From assembly GCA_964519305.1 (NCBI GenBank), contig CAZFHY010000012.1, positions 1,003-65,002 of the forward strand: a DNA stretch of 64,000 bases, given 5' to 3'. Shown piece after piece: positions 27,908 through 37,086 of this stretch; positions within the stretch are counted from its first letter, which is position 1, and each line of letters begins with the position of its first letter. Below the pieces are notes generated by a model that had not been told where the DNA came from, ran no database searches, and saw nothing but the letters and a program-made list of their open reading frames with translations. Both the position numbers and the translations under genes were made by a program. The stretch comes from Candidatus Undinarchaeota archaeon. Its GTDB lineage: Archaea > SpSt-1190 > JASMDC01.

Positions 27908-28498
27908 TCACTGCCCGCCGTACCACTGCATCCGATAGTCCGATGACTCTGAGTAGGAAGCATATTCCTCGGCGGCCGCTGCCGGGACCTGCTCGTTCCC
28001 CGAGACACGTACGACGACCACGGCCATACCGGCCAGGATGATGAACACGAGCAGGGCGAACAGCATCGCCCAGGACACGGGGCCCTGCGCATCCCCGCCC
28101 TCGCCTGCTTTCGTGCAGGTCCCCACGGACATCAGGAGCTGGCGGCGGGAGTAGACCGAGGGTTTGCCCTCGAGGGACGCCGTGGCGTTGATGATCCGGT
28201 GGCCCAATGTTGCGTTGTCCGCGATACGTGCGCTCACCGTCCGGGTGAGGTTCACCCCGGCACCGACTGAGAACGTGGTCACTGCGGGCTCCAGCTCGGC
28301 CCCCGAGGACGACAGGTCTATGTTGACGACCAGGAGCTGGTCGGTGAGGCTGATGATGGTGAGGTTCACTGATACGTCCTCGCCCGGACACCCGGAGACC
28401 GACATCGTATGTACCTCCAGTTCGTGCACGGGCCTGGGGAGGGCAGCCATGGTCAGATGTGCGAGCAGTACCACGAGAAGCACGATCGAGCGATTCAC
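27908..28498 (-). CDS. secreted/anchored glycoprotein-like protein (signal peptide, several N-x-S/T sequons, C-terminal TM)
   Basis: A GTG start at 28498 gives MNRSIVLLVVLLAHLTMAAL. The C-terminus is LFALLVFIILAGMAVVVV plus an acidic tail. The start codon overlaps the stop of the upstream HAD gene. Confidence 0.5.
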   Translation of the reverse strand: MNRSIVLLVVLLAHLTMAALPRPVHELEVHTMSVSGCPGEDVSVNLTIISLTDQLLVVNIDLSSSGAELEPAVTTFSVGAGVNLTRTVSARIADNATLGHRIINATASLEGKPSVYSRRQLLMSVGTCTKAGEGGDAQGPVSWAMLFALLVFIILAGMAVVVVRVSGNEQVPAAAAEEYASYSESSDYRMQWYGGQ

Positions 28499-29211
28499 TC
28501 CTGACCCTCCAGGTCGGCCAGAGGAGGCACCTCGGCCAGCGAGCTGACGACATGGTCCAGCCACGGCAGCTCTCGTGAACGATCAGGCGTGTATTCCCGA
28601 ACCACAAGGCACGTGCGACAGCCGGTCTCATGCGCCGGTACCAGATCTAGACTCACCACGTCGCCCACGACCAGTACGTCGCCATGCTCTCGCACGAGCT
28701 CTTCCAACTTGCGCCGGTAGGCCGGAGGATCTCCCTTCAGCGGACGCGCTACATCGTCGCCGGCAACCAGGAACCCAACATGGGGCGTTAGCCCCGACTC
28801 CATTAGCTCGAGGGTCGCCTTCTCGTGGATCGTGTTGGTGCACACTCCTATGGTATGGCCTGCGGCCCGGAGCGCTTCGAGGCAAGGGAGCGCGTCAGGG
28901 AACGGCGGGCTCGCACACGAGCTGCGGATGCGGCTGTAGGCGCCCACCGCGTCGATGGCAGGGGCAACCCGCTGCAGGGCCTGGTTGAGAAGGATGAGCG
29001 GGTCCTCGTCGGGATGGACCTTGGTCCTGAAGAACGCGACCTTCCCGTCCTGTCGCCGGAGCTCGTCCTCGGTCCCTGCGAGCCGCTCCTCGGCCTCGTC
29101 AGTGGATGTTCCGTTCTTATCAGCGACCATACGGACGATGGACTCGCGTAGAACGGCCGCCAGCAGTGAGAGGTCGAGGAGGGTGCCGTCCAGGTCGAAC
29201 AGCACCAGCAT
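28495..29211 (-). CDS. HAD-superfamily hydrolase
   Basis: Motif I MLVLFDLDGTLLD, motif II-like GVCTNT, and a C-terminal DD-containing motif. Confidence 0.8.
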   Translation of the reverse strand: MLVLFDLDGTLLDLSLLAAVLRESIVRMVADKNGTSTDEAEERLAGTEDELRRQDGKVAFFRTKVHPDEDPLILLNQALQRVAPAIDAVGAYSRIRSSCASPPFPDALPCLEALRAAGHTIGVCTNTIHEKATLELMESGLTPHVGFLVAGDDVARPLKGDPPAYRRKLEELVREHGDVLVVGDVVSLDLVPAHETGCRTCLVVREYTPDRSRELPWLDHVVSSLAEVPPLADLEGQE

Positions 29212-29228
29212 CCTCGCTCTCCCTCCTC

Positions 29229-30314
29229 TCAGCGCGTGATCTCCTGGGTCTTCACAAGCTCGTATAGCTTGCGCGCCGACGGGTCCTTCTCGAAGTGCTC
29301 ACGGATGGGCGTGATGAACTCGATGAGGACGTCCGCCACACCGTTCTTCAGGTCAAGCGGGTGAAGGGCACCCGCCTCGAACATGCTCTCCAGCTCGGGA
29401 TATGACGGGACCTCCATATCACCGCCGAACTTCGCCGGCCGCTTGATGATGAAGTTGTCCTTGAGCCGGAACACGATGTGCTTGGCGTAGTCCATGATGG
29501 GGTTCTCAGGATCGCCTGCCGGGCAGTAGGCCTTCTTCAGCTTGGCCCGGATGGCCTCGTCGCTGTCATGGACGTAGATGCACGAGTCCGGATTGGACTT
29601 GGACATCTTCGAGGATATCTCGACGTCGAGCGCAGTGTCGTCATCGAGCCCGGAGGCGTTGACCGGGCCATCGAGCCCCATGAGCATGTGGTGGTGGACG
29701 CACACGGGCTTCCAGTGCCCGAGCTTGGGTCCCAGCTCACGGGCCAGCATGTTGATCTTGCGCTGTCCCATGCCCAACTGGCAGATGTCCACGCCCATCT
29801 CAAAGATGTCGGCGCACTGCATGGCAGGATAGAAGTACTGCGACGTCTCCTGCAGTTCTCCTTCCTTCCGTCCCATGATGGTCAGGCACCGCGCCATCCG
29901 CTTGAGCGTCGTCTGTCGCGCGATGGCGATGACCTTTTTCCAGTAATCTGGGTCGGCGACGACGTCCGAGGCCCATATGACCTCTACCTTGTCCATGTCG
30001 ACACCGGCCGCCTTCCACACCTCGAGGAAGTACTTGCCCACGGACCTGATGGCCTCGAGATCGCCCCCCATCTTGTTGTTGATCCAGCCGTGCCAGTCCG
30101 CGATGAAGAGCTTGAAGTCGACACCGGCGTTCAGCATGTCCTTGAGCAGGATCGGCCGGAACACTCCCACGGGGAGGTGGGCGATACCTGACGGCTCGAA
30201 CCCGTCGTAGGCAACGGGACGGTCCTTGGTCTGGAGCAGTTCTCGGAGTTCGGCGAGGTTTATGACCTCCTCGCCGACCCCGTAGATCAGATCGACACGC
30301 TTTTCCAGGTCCAC
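29229..30314 (-). CDS. tyrS: tyrosyl-tRNA synthetase (archaeal type)
   Basis: Class I aaRS with KMSKS (KMSKSNPDS) and the archaeal TyrRS signature KKAYCPAG. Overall collinearity with archaeal TyrRS of about 310-360 aa. Confidence 0.85.
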   Translation of the reverse strand: MDLEKRVDLIYGVGEEVINLAELRELLQTKDRPVAYDGFEPSGIAHLPVGVFRPILLKDMLNAGVDFKLFIADWHGWINNKMGGDLEAIRSVGKYFLEVWKAAGVDMDKVEVIWASDVVADPDYWKKVIAIARQTTLKRMARCLTIMGRKEGELQETSQYFYPAMQCADIFEMGVDICQLGMGQRKINMLARELGPKLGHWKPVCVHHHMLMGLDGPVNASGLDDDTALDVEISSKMSKSNPDSCIYVHDSDEAIRAKLKKAYCPAGDPENPIMDYAKHIVFRLKDNFIIKRPAKFGGDMEVPSYPELESMFEAGALHPLDLKNGVADVLIEFITPIREHFEKDPSARKLYELVKTQEITR

Positions 30315-30315
30315 G

Positions 30316-31587
30316 CTAGAACCCGCCGAGCTCGGTCGGAGTGAGGAGTACCGTCTTCTTGGGCACGGTCCGGAGACCCACGACCTTCATGCCGACGAGG
30401 TAGGATATGTCCTTCTCCTCGGCCATGTCCACCAGCTTCTTAGTAACGACGCCGTCGAACACGACCGCGAACACGTCCTCGACATCATTGAGGCTCTGGC
30501 GGAGCTCGATGATGGGGATGCGCTTGACCGCGTTCAGCTCCTTGTCCAGCAGGAGCGCACCGCGGGTCCCGAACAATCCCTCCATCATGGTCTTGAACTT
30601 CTTGATGCTCTTTGGATCAGCCCGGTCGAGCATTTCCTTAGCAAGGTCCACTGCCTCGCCACCAGTAGGCTCTTCTTCCCGCTCCTCTTTCTCCTTCTTC
30701 TCTGGGAGCTTGGGCTTGGGCTTCTTGTGACCCTTTGAGTTGGCATCATCGTTCTCGATCGATGCGTCGTACTGCTCGCCCGGTGTGCGGGAGCGGAGGC
30801 ACTTGTGGACCTCCTTCTTGGTGAGCTCTTCCACCTCCTTGCCCGCGGGGGCCATGGTGATGAAGTCTATCTCGGCACCGGAGTGCAAGAGCTCCTTGAT
30901 GATGAGCTCGCCCCCGTGGTCACCGTCCACGAACACCGTGGCGGTCTTCTCCTTGGTAAGACCGATGACGCTGGGCGGGATGTTGGTCCCCTCCACGGCC
31001 AGAGCGTTCTTTATACCCTGGCGAAGGAGGTTGATGACGTCCGCCCTACCCTCGACGATGATGATCTCGTCAGAGGTGAGGAGGTTGGGTCCGGAGGGGA
31101 GCCTCTCGGGCCCATAGTCCACGAGCTCCTCCACCCTGACCGCCTGCTTGACCTCATCGGAGATCTCCTGGGAGTCGGGGAGGATGTCGCTCATCATCTG
31201 GGCCAGCAGCTCCTTGGCGCGGTCCACGATGTACTTGCGCTTGGCCATACGAACGTCCTCGATCCTGCCAACGGCGATCTTGGAAGTGCACGGGCCGATA
31301 CGGTCTACTGTCTCGAGAGCCGCAGCGATGATGGCGGTCTCGGACTTGTCGAGCGAAGAAGGGACCATTATGGAACCGATGGACTTTCCTGATCGGCTCT
31401 TGAGGGTTACCTCTATCCGGCCGATCCGGCCGCTACGCTGGAGCTCACGAAGCTCTAGGTCCGGGCCTAGGAGTCCTTCGGTCTGGCCGAAGACGGCACC
31501 CACTGCATCGGGCTTCTCCACGATGCCATTGACCTCAATCTCTGCGTTGATAATGTACTTTGCTGCAATCGGGCTGATTTTTCCCAT
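30316..31587 (-). CDS. dnaG: archaeal DnaG-like primase (exosome-associated TOPRIM protein)
   Basis: N-terminus AAKYIINAEIEVNGIVEKPDAVGAVFGQTEGLLG (conserved DnaG N-terminus). TOPRIM motifs IIVEGRADVINL and VFVDGDHGGELI. Start set at the internal ATG (31587); the upstream extension is not conserved. Confidence 0.85.
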   Translation of the reverse strand: MGKISPIAAKYIINAEIEVNGIVEKPDAVGAVFGQTEGLLGPDLELRELQRSGRIGRIEVTLKSRSGKSIGSIMVPSSLDKSETAIIAAALETVDRIGPCTSKIAVGRIEDVRMAKRKYIVDRAKELLAQMMSDILPDSQEISDEVKQAVRVEELVDYGPERLPSGPNLLTSDEIIIVEGRADVINLLRQGIKNALAVEGTNIPPSVIGLTKEKTATVFVDGDHGGELIIKELLHSGAEIDFITMAPAGKEVEELTKKEVHKCLRSRTPGEQYDASIENDDANSKGHKKPKPKLPEKKEKEEREEEPTGGEAVDLAKEMLDRADPKSIKKFKTMMEGLFGTRGALLLDKELNAVKRIPIIELRQSLNDVEDVFAVVFDGVVTKKLVDMAEEKDISYLVGMKVVGLRTVPKKTVLLTPTELGGF

Positions 31588-31634
31588 GTGTATCACCCCT
31601 GTGGCAGGGTGCCCATTGGGTAGAAGGGCCGTGC

Positions 31635-32030
31635 TCACTGGTTACGTAGACGCGCAAGACGCCGTGGAAGTCCCTCGACGTGCGAGGCGCGGGTAAGCCC
31701 CCTGAGCCGGTTACGGATGCCTGTTTCGACAATGACGCCGTGTGAGATCAGCAACCTTTCCAGCTCCTGAGCGAGGGAATCCCCCTGATTATCGAAGTCG
31801 GTGAGCATGATGGCCTCTTCTGCCTGGATGGACAGAGTCTCCGCCAACATAGGTAGGCTCGTGGCAGCCGAGCCAATCTTATAAACCTTTCCAAGGACCC
31901 CCAAAGAGCGCAATGCGGCCTCGTCCTTCGGTCCTTCGACGATTACAGGGACCCCTTCTTCAGAGAGATTTCGTAGCTGTTCGAGCACCTCATCTATCCG
32001 CTCGAGCACCGGTCGCCGACGGGCCATCAC
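31635..32030 (-). CDS. small TOPRIM-domain protein (RNase M5-like)
   Basis: VIVEGPKDEAALRSLG ... ILTDFDNQGD matches TOPRIM E...DxD signatures. Confidence 0.6.
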   Translation of the reverse strand: MMARRRPVLERIDEVLEQLRNLSEEGVPVIVEGPKDEAALRSLGVLGKVYKIGSAATSLPMLAETLSIQAEEAIMLTDFDNQGDSLAQELERLLISHGVIVETGIRNRLRGLTRASHVEGLPRRLARLRNQ

Positions 32031-32320
32031 CCCTCACCCAAGACGGTGAGCACCCGGTCCCTGGACACTCCGGGGAGGAACAACCGCTTCCGGCGGGAGG
32101 TCGCGCCTGCCACGAGCGAGGCCTTCACGTCAAAGAGCTCTGAGAGATATGAAACAAGTACGGCGTTCGCCTTTCCCTTCACCGCTCGTGCGGCCACCCG
32201 GACACGCAGGCTGCCCGTCCACTCGTCCCACGCGGTCGAGGCCGCGTCCGCTCCGGGAACGGCATGCACGGCGATGAGACATCCGTCCTCCCTCTCCTCT
32301 ATATCGGGAGCGGCGACCAT
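32027..32320 (-). CDS. DUF167 (YggU/UPF0235) family protein
   Basis: GCLIAVHAVPGA...LRVRVAARAVKGKANAVLVSYLSELFDVKASLVAGATSRRK matches the DUF167 consensus. Start set at the internal ATG to avoid overlapping the divergent GluRS start. Confidence 0.6.
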   Translation of the reverse strand: MVAAPDIEEREDGCLIAVHAVPGADAASTAWDEWTGSLRVRVAARAVKGKANAVLVSYLSELFDVKASLVAGATSRRKRLFLPGVSRDRVLTVLGEG

Positions 32321-32372
32321 AAGTCCGAGGATGTGAGCAAGAGTTAAAAATGGTGCCCGGCTCCCCGCGGCC

Positions 32373-34109
32373 ATGGACGATGACCAGCTGCGACGGCTCA
32401 TCCTTACCCATGCACTTGATAATGCTCAGCGCCACGATGGCGCGGCCCAGATCGGTGCGGTCATGGGATCGCTCATGGGGGGGTCCCCGGAGCTACGGCC
32501 CCGTGCCAAGGAGGTAAAAGCGCTCACGCTCGAGATCATCGCTGAGGTCAACGCCATGGACGAGGCCACACGGGAGGCCAAGCACGCCGAGCTAGTTCCC
32601 GAACCCATGGGCAAGAAAGAGAGCAAGCGGACGGGTCTCCCCCCGCTCGCTGGCGCCGAGGACGGGAAAGTTGTCACGCGGTTCCCACCCGAGCCGAACG
32701 GCTTCCCCCACATCGGTCACGCCTACTCGGCCCTCATCAACTACCTATACGCCAAGATGTACGATGGCAGGCTCGTGCTCCGGTTCGAGGACACCAATCC
32801 CCGAAAAGAGGAGGTGCGGTACTACGACGCCATCAAGGAAGGCCTCACCTGGCTGGGTATCGAGTGGGACGAGGAGCTTCGGGTGTCGGACGAGATACCT
32901 CTTATCATAGAGCAGGCCGACAGGCTCCTGCGGGGCGGTCATCTATACATATGCGACTGCCCGGCAGAGACCATCAGCGCCAACCGCCGTGCTGGACGCC
33001 CCTGCAGCCACCGTGACCGGTCCATCGAGGAGAACGTGGCACTGTGGGAGAGCATGAACGCCCGAATGGTCGGCGAAGGTGAGATCGGTGTCCGCCTGAA
33101 GGCGGACATGGAGGCCGAGAACATGGTGATGCGTGACCCTATGATGCTCCGCGTCATCGACCATCCGCATCCTCTGCACGGCGACAAGTACTATGTCTAC
33201 CCGACGTACGACTTCGCCGTGGCCATCCAGGACTCTCGCCGCGGTATAACCCACGTGCTCCGGTCCAACGAGTTCCAGCCGCGCATCGAGCTGCAGGAGT
33301 ATATCCGCGGCCTCCTGGGCCTCCCCAATCCCAGGATCATGCAGTACTCACGTTTCTCACTGGAGGGCACTCCGACCTCCAAGCGCCTCATCAAGGCCCT
33401 CCTCGACGAGGGTGTAGTTGAGGGGTGGGACGACCCGCGGCTCTCCACTCTCGCCGGTCTCCGCAGACGTGGTATCGTCCCCAAGACCCTGGAGGACCTA
33501 TCCGTCGAGATAGGACCTTCCACCGCAGAGCCCGTGATCAGCTGGAAGCTGCTGGCGGGCATCAACCGCAAGAACATCGATCGCCTCGCGTACCGGGCCT
33601 TCGTCGTCGTGGACGCCATCGAGCTCAACGTCGAGGAGGCTCCCGAGCGGACGGCGCGGTTGAAGCGACATCCGGGCAATCCCGAGATGGGTGAGCGGAC
33701 GTTCGAGACAGGCGCTCTGTTCTGCATAACACGGGAGGACGCGGACAACCTCCAGGAGGGGGACGTGGTCCGCCTCAAGGACCTTTACAACGTCCGCATC
33801 GAGGGTCGTGACGAGCACACCGGACGCATCCTCGCCGTGTACGACGGCGATGAGGTCGTCCGAGGCATGACCAAGCTCCACTGGGTCCCCAAACGGACCG
33901 CTGTCAAGGTCCACGTGTACTTCCCGGGGATGCTGGAGGACGGTAACGGTGAGCGGATCGCTGATTCCATGCCCGTCAAGCGTGCTCTTGGCGAGCCCCC
34001 GCTAAAGGTCGCCCATCCCGGCGACCTCGTCCAGATGGAGCGTATGGGCTTTGGCAGGATAGACCGGATAACCGACGGCGTGGTCCACATCATCTACGCG
34101 CATGACTGA
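32373..34109 (+). CDS. gltX: glutamyl-tRNA synthetase (archaeal/eukaryotic type)
   Basis: Class I HIGH motif (PNGFPHIGHAYSALINY). Blocks typical of the GluRS/GlnRS family (RFEDTNP, GWDDPRLSTL). The length of about 578 aa fits archaeal GluRS. Confidence 0.9.
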   Translation: MDDDQLRRLILTHALDNAQRHDGAAQIGAVMGSLMGGSPELRPRAKEVKALTLEIIAEVNAMDEATREAKHAELVPEPMGKKESKRTGLPPLAGAEDGKVVTRFPPEPNGFPHIGHAYSALINYLYAKMYDGRLVLRFEDTNPRKEEVRYYDAIKEGLTWLGIEWDEELRVSDEIPLIIEQADRLLRGGHLYICDCPAETISANRRAGRPCSHRDRSIEENVALWESMNARMVGEGEIGVRLKADMEAENMVMRDPMMLRVIDHPHPLHGDKYYVYPTYDFAVAIQDSRRGITHVLRSNEFQPRIELQEYIRGLLGLPNPRIMQYSRFSLEGTPTSKRLIKALLDEGVVEGWDDPRLSTLAGLRRRGIVPKTLEDLSVEIGPSTAEPVISWKLLAGINRKNIDRLAYRAFVVVDAIELNVEEAPERTARLKRHPGNPEMGERTFETGALFCITREDADNLQEGDVVRLKDLYNVRIEGRDEHTGRILAVYDGDEVVRGMTKLHWVPKRTAVKVHVYFPGMLEDGNGERIADSMPVKRALGEPPLKVAHPGDLVQMERMGFGRIDRITDGVVHIIYAHD

Positions 34110-34150
34110 GCACAGTAGCGGACTGCGCCCACGTCATTCGTTCCGGGCGT

Positions 34151-34894
34151 CTACTGCTCTTCCTGCTCGGGTTCCTTCTGCACACCGATCATCGGGAAGT
34201 GGTGGCCGTGGGCGGCCTTCTCATAGGCTTGTGCCACGTAGAGGAAGTTCTCATCGTCCATCTCCTCGGCGAGCTCGCGGGCGCGGAGGTTGAGCGTCTG
34301 GTAGGCAAGGGACTTCTCGGCCATCTTGTCCATGATCCGCTCCCTGACGTCCTTGGGCGGGACGATCTTCCGGAAGAAGCTGAGCTGGCCGATCTCCCGA
34401 TGGATCTCAGCATCGATACTAGGTATGTCGAGATCGTTGTACAGGTCATGTAGCTCGGACAGACCCTCGGACTTCTCGGCATGGCCTTTGACGATGTTCT
34501 TCTCAAGGCGCTGTCCCTCCTTCATGAGACCGTAGGACTTGAACGCGTCGACAGCGTTCATGGCGGAGACGACCAGACCGTAGGGATAGAGGAAATAGCC
34601 CCAGATAGCTGCTCCAAAAGCATCGCTCTTGATCTTCGCAACAGCGGAATCCTGTGTGTTCTTGGACAACGTGCGGAGTTCGTTCACATCGTAGGTGGAT
34701 CCTGATTCGGTGTAGAGAGTATAAGAGGCGCCATCCTGTTCGAGGGCATCGTTGAGGTTGTGAAGGACATCCTTGTACGTGGGCCCTTTGCTGAACACAC
34801 CGGGGGGCTCCATCCGCGGTTCGGCCACCACATAGGTGTTCAGACCGGGGACATCGTAGATCTCGATATTCTCAGTTTCGATGATGTCTTCCAT
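34151..34894 (-). CDS. hypothetical protein
   Basis: ORF with a protein-like composition. The start was chosen at the internal ATG (MEDIIETEN). No recognisable domain. Confidence 0.4.
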   Translation of the reverse strand: MEDIIETENIEIYDVPGLNTYVVAEPRMEPPGVFSKGPTYKDVLHNLNDALEQDGASYTLYTESGSTYDVNELRTLSKNTQDSAVAKIKSDAFGAAIWGYFLYPYGLVVSAMNAVDAFKSYGLMKEGQRLEKNIVKGHAEKSEGLSELHDLYNDLDIPSIDAEIHREIGQLSFFRKIVPPKDVRERIMDKMAEKSLAYQTLNLRARELAEEMDDENFLYVAQAYEKAAHGHHFPMIGVQKEPEQEEQ

Positions 34895-35177
34895 GATAAT
34901 CACTCTCTTATGGAGCGCGGGAGCCCGAAGACCGTCTTTTATAGTTTTCCTTTCGACGTGCGCCCCCATCGCTGACCAGGGAGGTTGTTTGGATAGTCTA
35001 ATCTACAAGCTCCTGTTTTGGCCCACAGGATCCAGAAGTCTGATCTACACTAACGTATGAGTCAACCACTGCATCCGACCTGGAAGTACAGATGTGAGTA
35101 TATTGTAGTGAGCCACTGGCGCCAACAAATACCTCGCACGATCGTCGAACGACGAGAACGAAGCAATATCGGGGCTT

Positions 35178-35285
35178 CTAGATGCGGCGCGCCTTGCGCT
35201 GCATCTTACGGCGCCGCTTCTTGCGCCACTTCCAGCGGCTCTTCTTGCCGACCCGCTTCTTCCATGGGTGACTTGTTTTCGACAA
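35178..35285 (-). CDS. rpl41e: ribosomal protein eL41 (L41e), 35 aa, probable TTG start
   Basis: Minus-strand frame encodes (M)SKTSHPWKKRVGKKSRWKWRKKRRRKMQRKARRI, which is extremely Lys/Arg-rich. The core RWKWRKKRRRK resembles the eL41 signature (eukaryotic [25 protein letters not shown]). It is too short to appear in the ORF track. The overlapping listed ORFs (35045..35380 - and 35057..35320 +) are in other frames. Confidence 0.5.
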   Translation of the reverse strand: MSKTSHPWKKRVGKKSRWKWRKKRRRKMQRKARRI

Positions 35286-35399
35286 GTTATATCACTCGTA
35301 AGCGACTGTGGAGTGGATAGCTCTTTTAAGGGTTTCGGCTCGGGCGGGCCCCGAGGGAAGATACATAAAGATTTGCCCACTCGAAAGTCAAGCCTTCAT

Positions 35400-35474
35400 G
35401 GGCTCGTGGTGTAGTTTGGATAGCATGGGGGCTTGCGGAGCCTCAGATCGCGGGTTCAAATCCTGCCGGGCCCA
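35400..35474 (+). tRNA. tRNA-Arg (anticodon GCG)
   Basis: Manual cloverleaf fold: acceptor stem GGGCUCG/CGGGCCC (one G-U), D-stem GUGU/GCAU with a D-loop containing GG, anticodon stem GGGGC/GCCUC with loop UUGCGGA (U33, anticodon GCG, G37), 5-nt variable loop, T-stem GCGGG/CCUGC with loop UUCAAAU, and discriminator A. No encoded CCA. Confidence 0.75.
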
Positions 35475-35476
35475 TC

Positions 35477-35499
35477 CGGGGGGGACCTTCCCCCCCGGT
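35477..35499 (+). other. perfect GC-rich hairpin immediately 3' of the tRNA (CCGGGGGGG-ACCTT-CCCCCCCGG)
   Basis: 9-bp inverted repeat with a 5-nt loop, read directly from the sequence. A possible processing or termination element. Confidence 0.5.
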
Positions 35500-35844
35500 T
35501 AACACCCACTTAACAGTCGTAGGACTCGTCGCCATTTTCACGCGCTCAGGTTAGTTTTTACCAGCTCATACAGGTAAGAATCGCTGTACGGGATACATGC
35601 CCTATAGTCCAGCACACTATATATAGCATCGAAGTATGCGGTCCGAACGAGGCCTTTTGGGGGATATAGATGTACTGAACTCCCACTCCGGAGATAAATC
35701 GAAAGCCAAGAATCTTAATAAGGCTTAATAACGCTTAATTAGGTGAATTAAGCCATATTCGTGCGATTTAGGCGCACAGGCGACGGAAAAGCTTATAAAC
35801 AGGTATTCGATGGTTCGCTATTAGTAAGAAAGCAGGTGACAATC

Positions 35845-36036
35845 ATGCTCATCATCGATCCGGAAATGTACGATGCCTACCAGGCCACTCATGGCGTAGT
35901 AGGCGCCGAGCCCAATACCATCTTGGACATGGGCTTTGGTAACTACAATCCCTTCGATAGATCCGAGAACGACTACGTCGTTAAGGGTTACTGGGAGCCT
36001 GTCTACCAGCCCGAAGAGGACCTTGACAAATATTAG
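35845..36036 (+). CDS. small acidic protein, paralogue A (63 aa)
   Basis: MLIIDPEMYDAYQATHGVVGAEPNTILDMGFGNYNPFD... A GGTGA Shine-Dalgarno-like sequence sits 7 nt upstream and a TATA about 50 nt upstream. Paralogous to 36354..36548. Confidence 0.45.
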   Translation: MLIIDPEMYDAYQATHGVVGAEPNTILDMGFGNYNPFDRSENDYVVKGYWEPVYQPEEDLDKY

Positions 36037-36100
36037 ATATCATTCTTTTTTCCGTACCCCGTCCCCCATCGATCCCGCCTCCCCGGCGGGATCGATACCC
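36037..36100 (+). terminator. oligo-T tract plus 12-bp-stem hairpin (atcgatcccgcc-tcccc-ggcgggatcgat)
   Basis: ttcttttttcc directly after the stop codon, followed by a perfect inverted repeat. Confidence 0.45.
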
Positions 36101-36353
36101 CCCTTTTCCCAATCGCCTCCCTGTGTGAGCTGTTCCCCACGTCACAGGTGTTAAAGTAGCGTTAAGATGGACCGTTCCGACAATATGTCGTATCACACAA
36201 GTATGCGGTCCGAACGAACTTCTAATAACCCTTAATATTACTTAATTTGGCGAATTAAGCCATATTCGTGCGATTTAGCCTCATAGGCAAAGGAAAACCT
36301 TATAAACCGGCCAAGAATGGTGTGAGAACCGTCCGAAAAAAAAGGTGAACGCG

Positions 36354-36548
36354 ATGCTAATCATCGATCCTGAGATGTTCGAGGCGTACCAGCGCACCCA
36401 TGGTGAGCTGGGCACTGAGCCCCGACCGGAGTTGGATCCGGGTTTTGGGGACCTCGATATATTCAGGAACGATCTGTCCGAGCATCCGATGTACGGGGAA
36501 CAGGACCATAAGGACGACCCGTACAAACAGGAGGACACGTATCACTGA
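36354..36548 (+). CDS. small acidic protein, paralogue B (64 aa)
   Basis: MLIIDPEMFEAYQRTHGELGTEPRPELDPGFGDLD... A GGTGA sits 6 nt upstream. Same upstream and downstream signals as paralogue A. Confidence 0.45.
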   Translation: MLIIDPEMFEAYQRTHGELGTEPRPELDPGFGDLDIFRNDLSEHPMYGEQDHKDDPYKQEDTYH

Positions 36549-36612
36549 TCATACTTTTTTATCCGTACCCCGTCCCCCCAACGGCCCCGTCCTCGTGGCG
36601 GGGCCGTTCCCC
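36549..36612 (+). terminator. oligo-T tract plus hairpin (aacggccccg...cggggccgtt)
   Basis: acttttttatcc after the stop, followed by a 10-bp inverted repeat. Confidence 0.4.
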
Positions 36613-37086
36613 CCTTTTTCCTTGCTTATCCCGCCCGGATATATCTATCTTCACGGGAAGGCCCTTCGCTTGAACGCCGTTCCATCCGTATTAAGTATTA
36701 ACAAACCCCGATCACCAACAGTACACGTAGGTCAACTGAAAAAAGCCTACGGATTTCGTAATCCCTGCAGCCCCACCTACGAGACGCCATGAGGTGTGCG
36801 GTTAAAAGACAGACGGAAAGACAATCCTTTTAAGGCGACCATGACTCGTGGCCACCGCCCGCATGGGCAAGCAAAAAAAGATGCATAGAATGGAACAAAG
36901 GAGGAATGCGAAATGCTTTCACTGGTTCCCGGCCCGATGAACATCCAGCGGCCCATCGATACAATGACCCTACAACACTACACGAGCGACGAGTACGACC
37001 ACCCAGAGGTCAAAGCACCTCTAAACCGTTTTCTTGATGATGACCTGACCACGTTCTAGACGATCCACGGATATGTCAGAACAGGC

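Larger units (their letters stand above)
35632..36640 (+). repeat. tandem duplicated roughly 560-bp AT-rich module, each copy with promoter-like box, small ORF and terminator-like hairpin
   Basis: Shared blocks: agtatgcggtccgaacga (35637/36193); ttaagccatattcgtgcgatttag (35748/36253); cttataaac TATA (35791/36298); tttttt.tccgtaccccgtcccc after the stop codons (36043/36552). Confidence 0.7.

Noticed and set aside
35045-35380. 111-aa minus-strand ORF and 87-aa plus-strand ORF between the hypothetical gene and tRNA-Arg
   Set aside because: Both overlap the short eL41 frame in different frames and have non-protein-like composition.
36914-37060. 48-aa ORF (MLSLVPGPMNIQRPIDTMTLQHYTSDEYDHPEVKAPLNRFLDDDLTTF) preceded by a GGAGG-like site
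   Set aside because: It is too short and unconserved to support as a gene from sequence alone. It is noted in case it is a third member of the small-protein island.
35400-37086. Integrated mobile element or prophage at tRNA-Arg
   Set aside because: No integrase or recombinase gene was found, and no duplicated tRNA 3'-end (att) sequence was found downstream. This is retained only as an AT-rich duplicated small-gene island.
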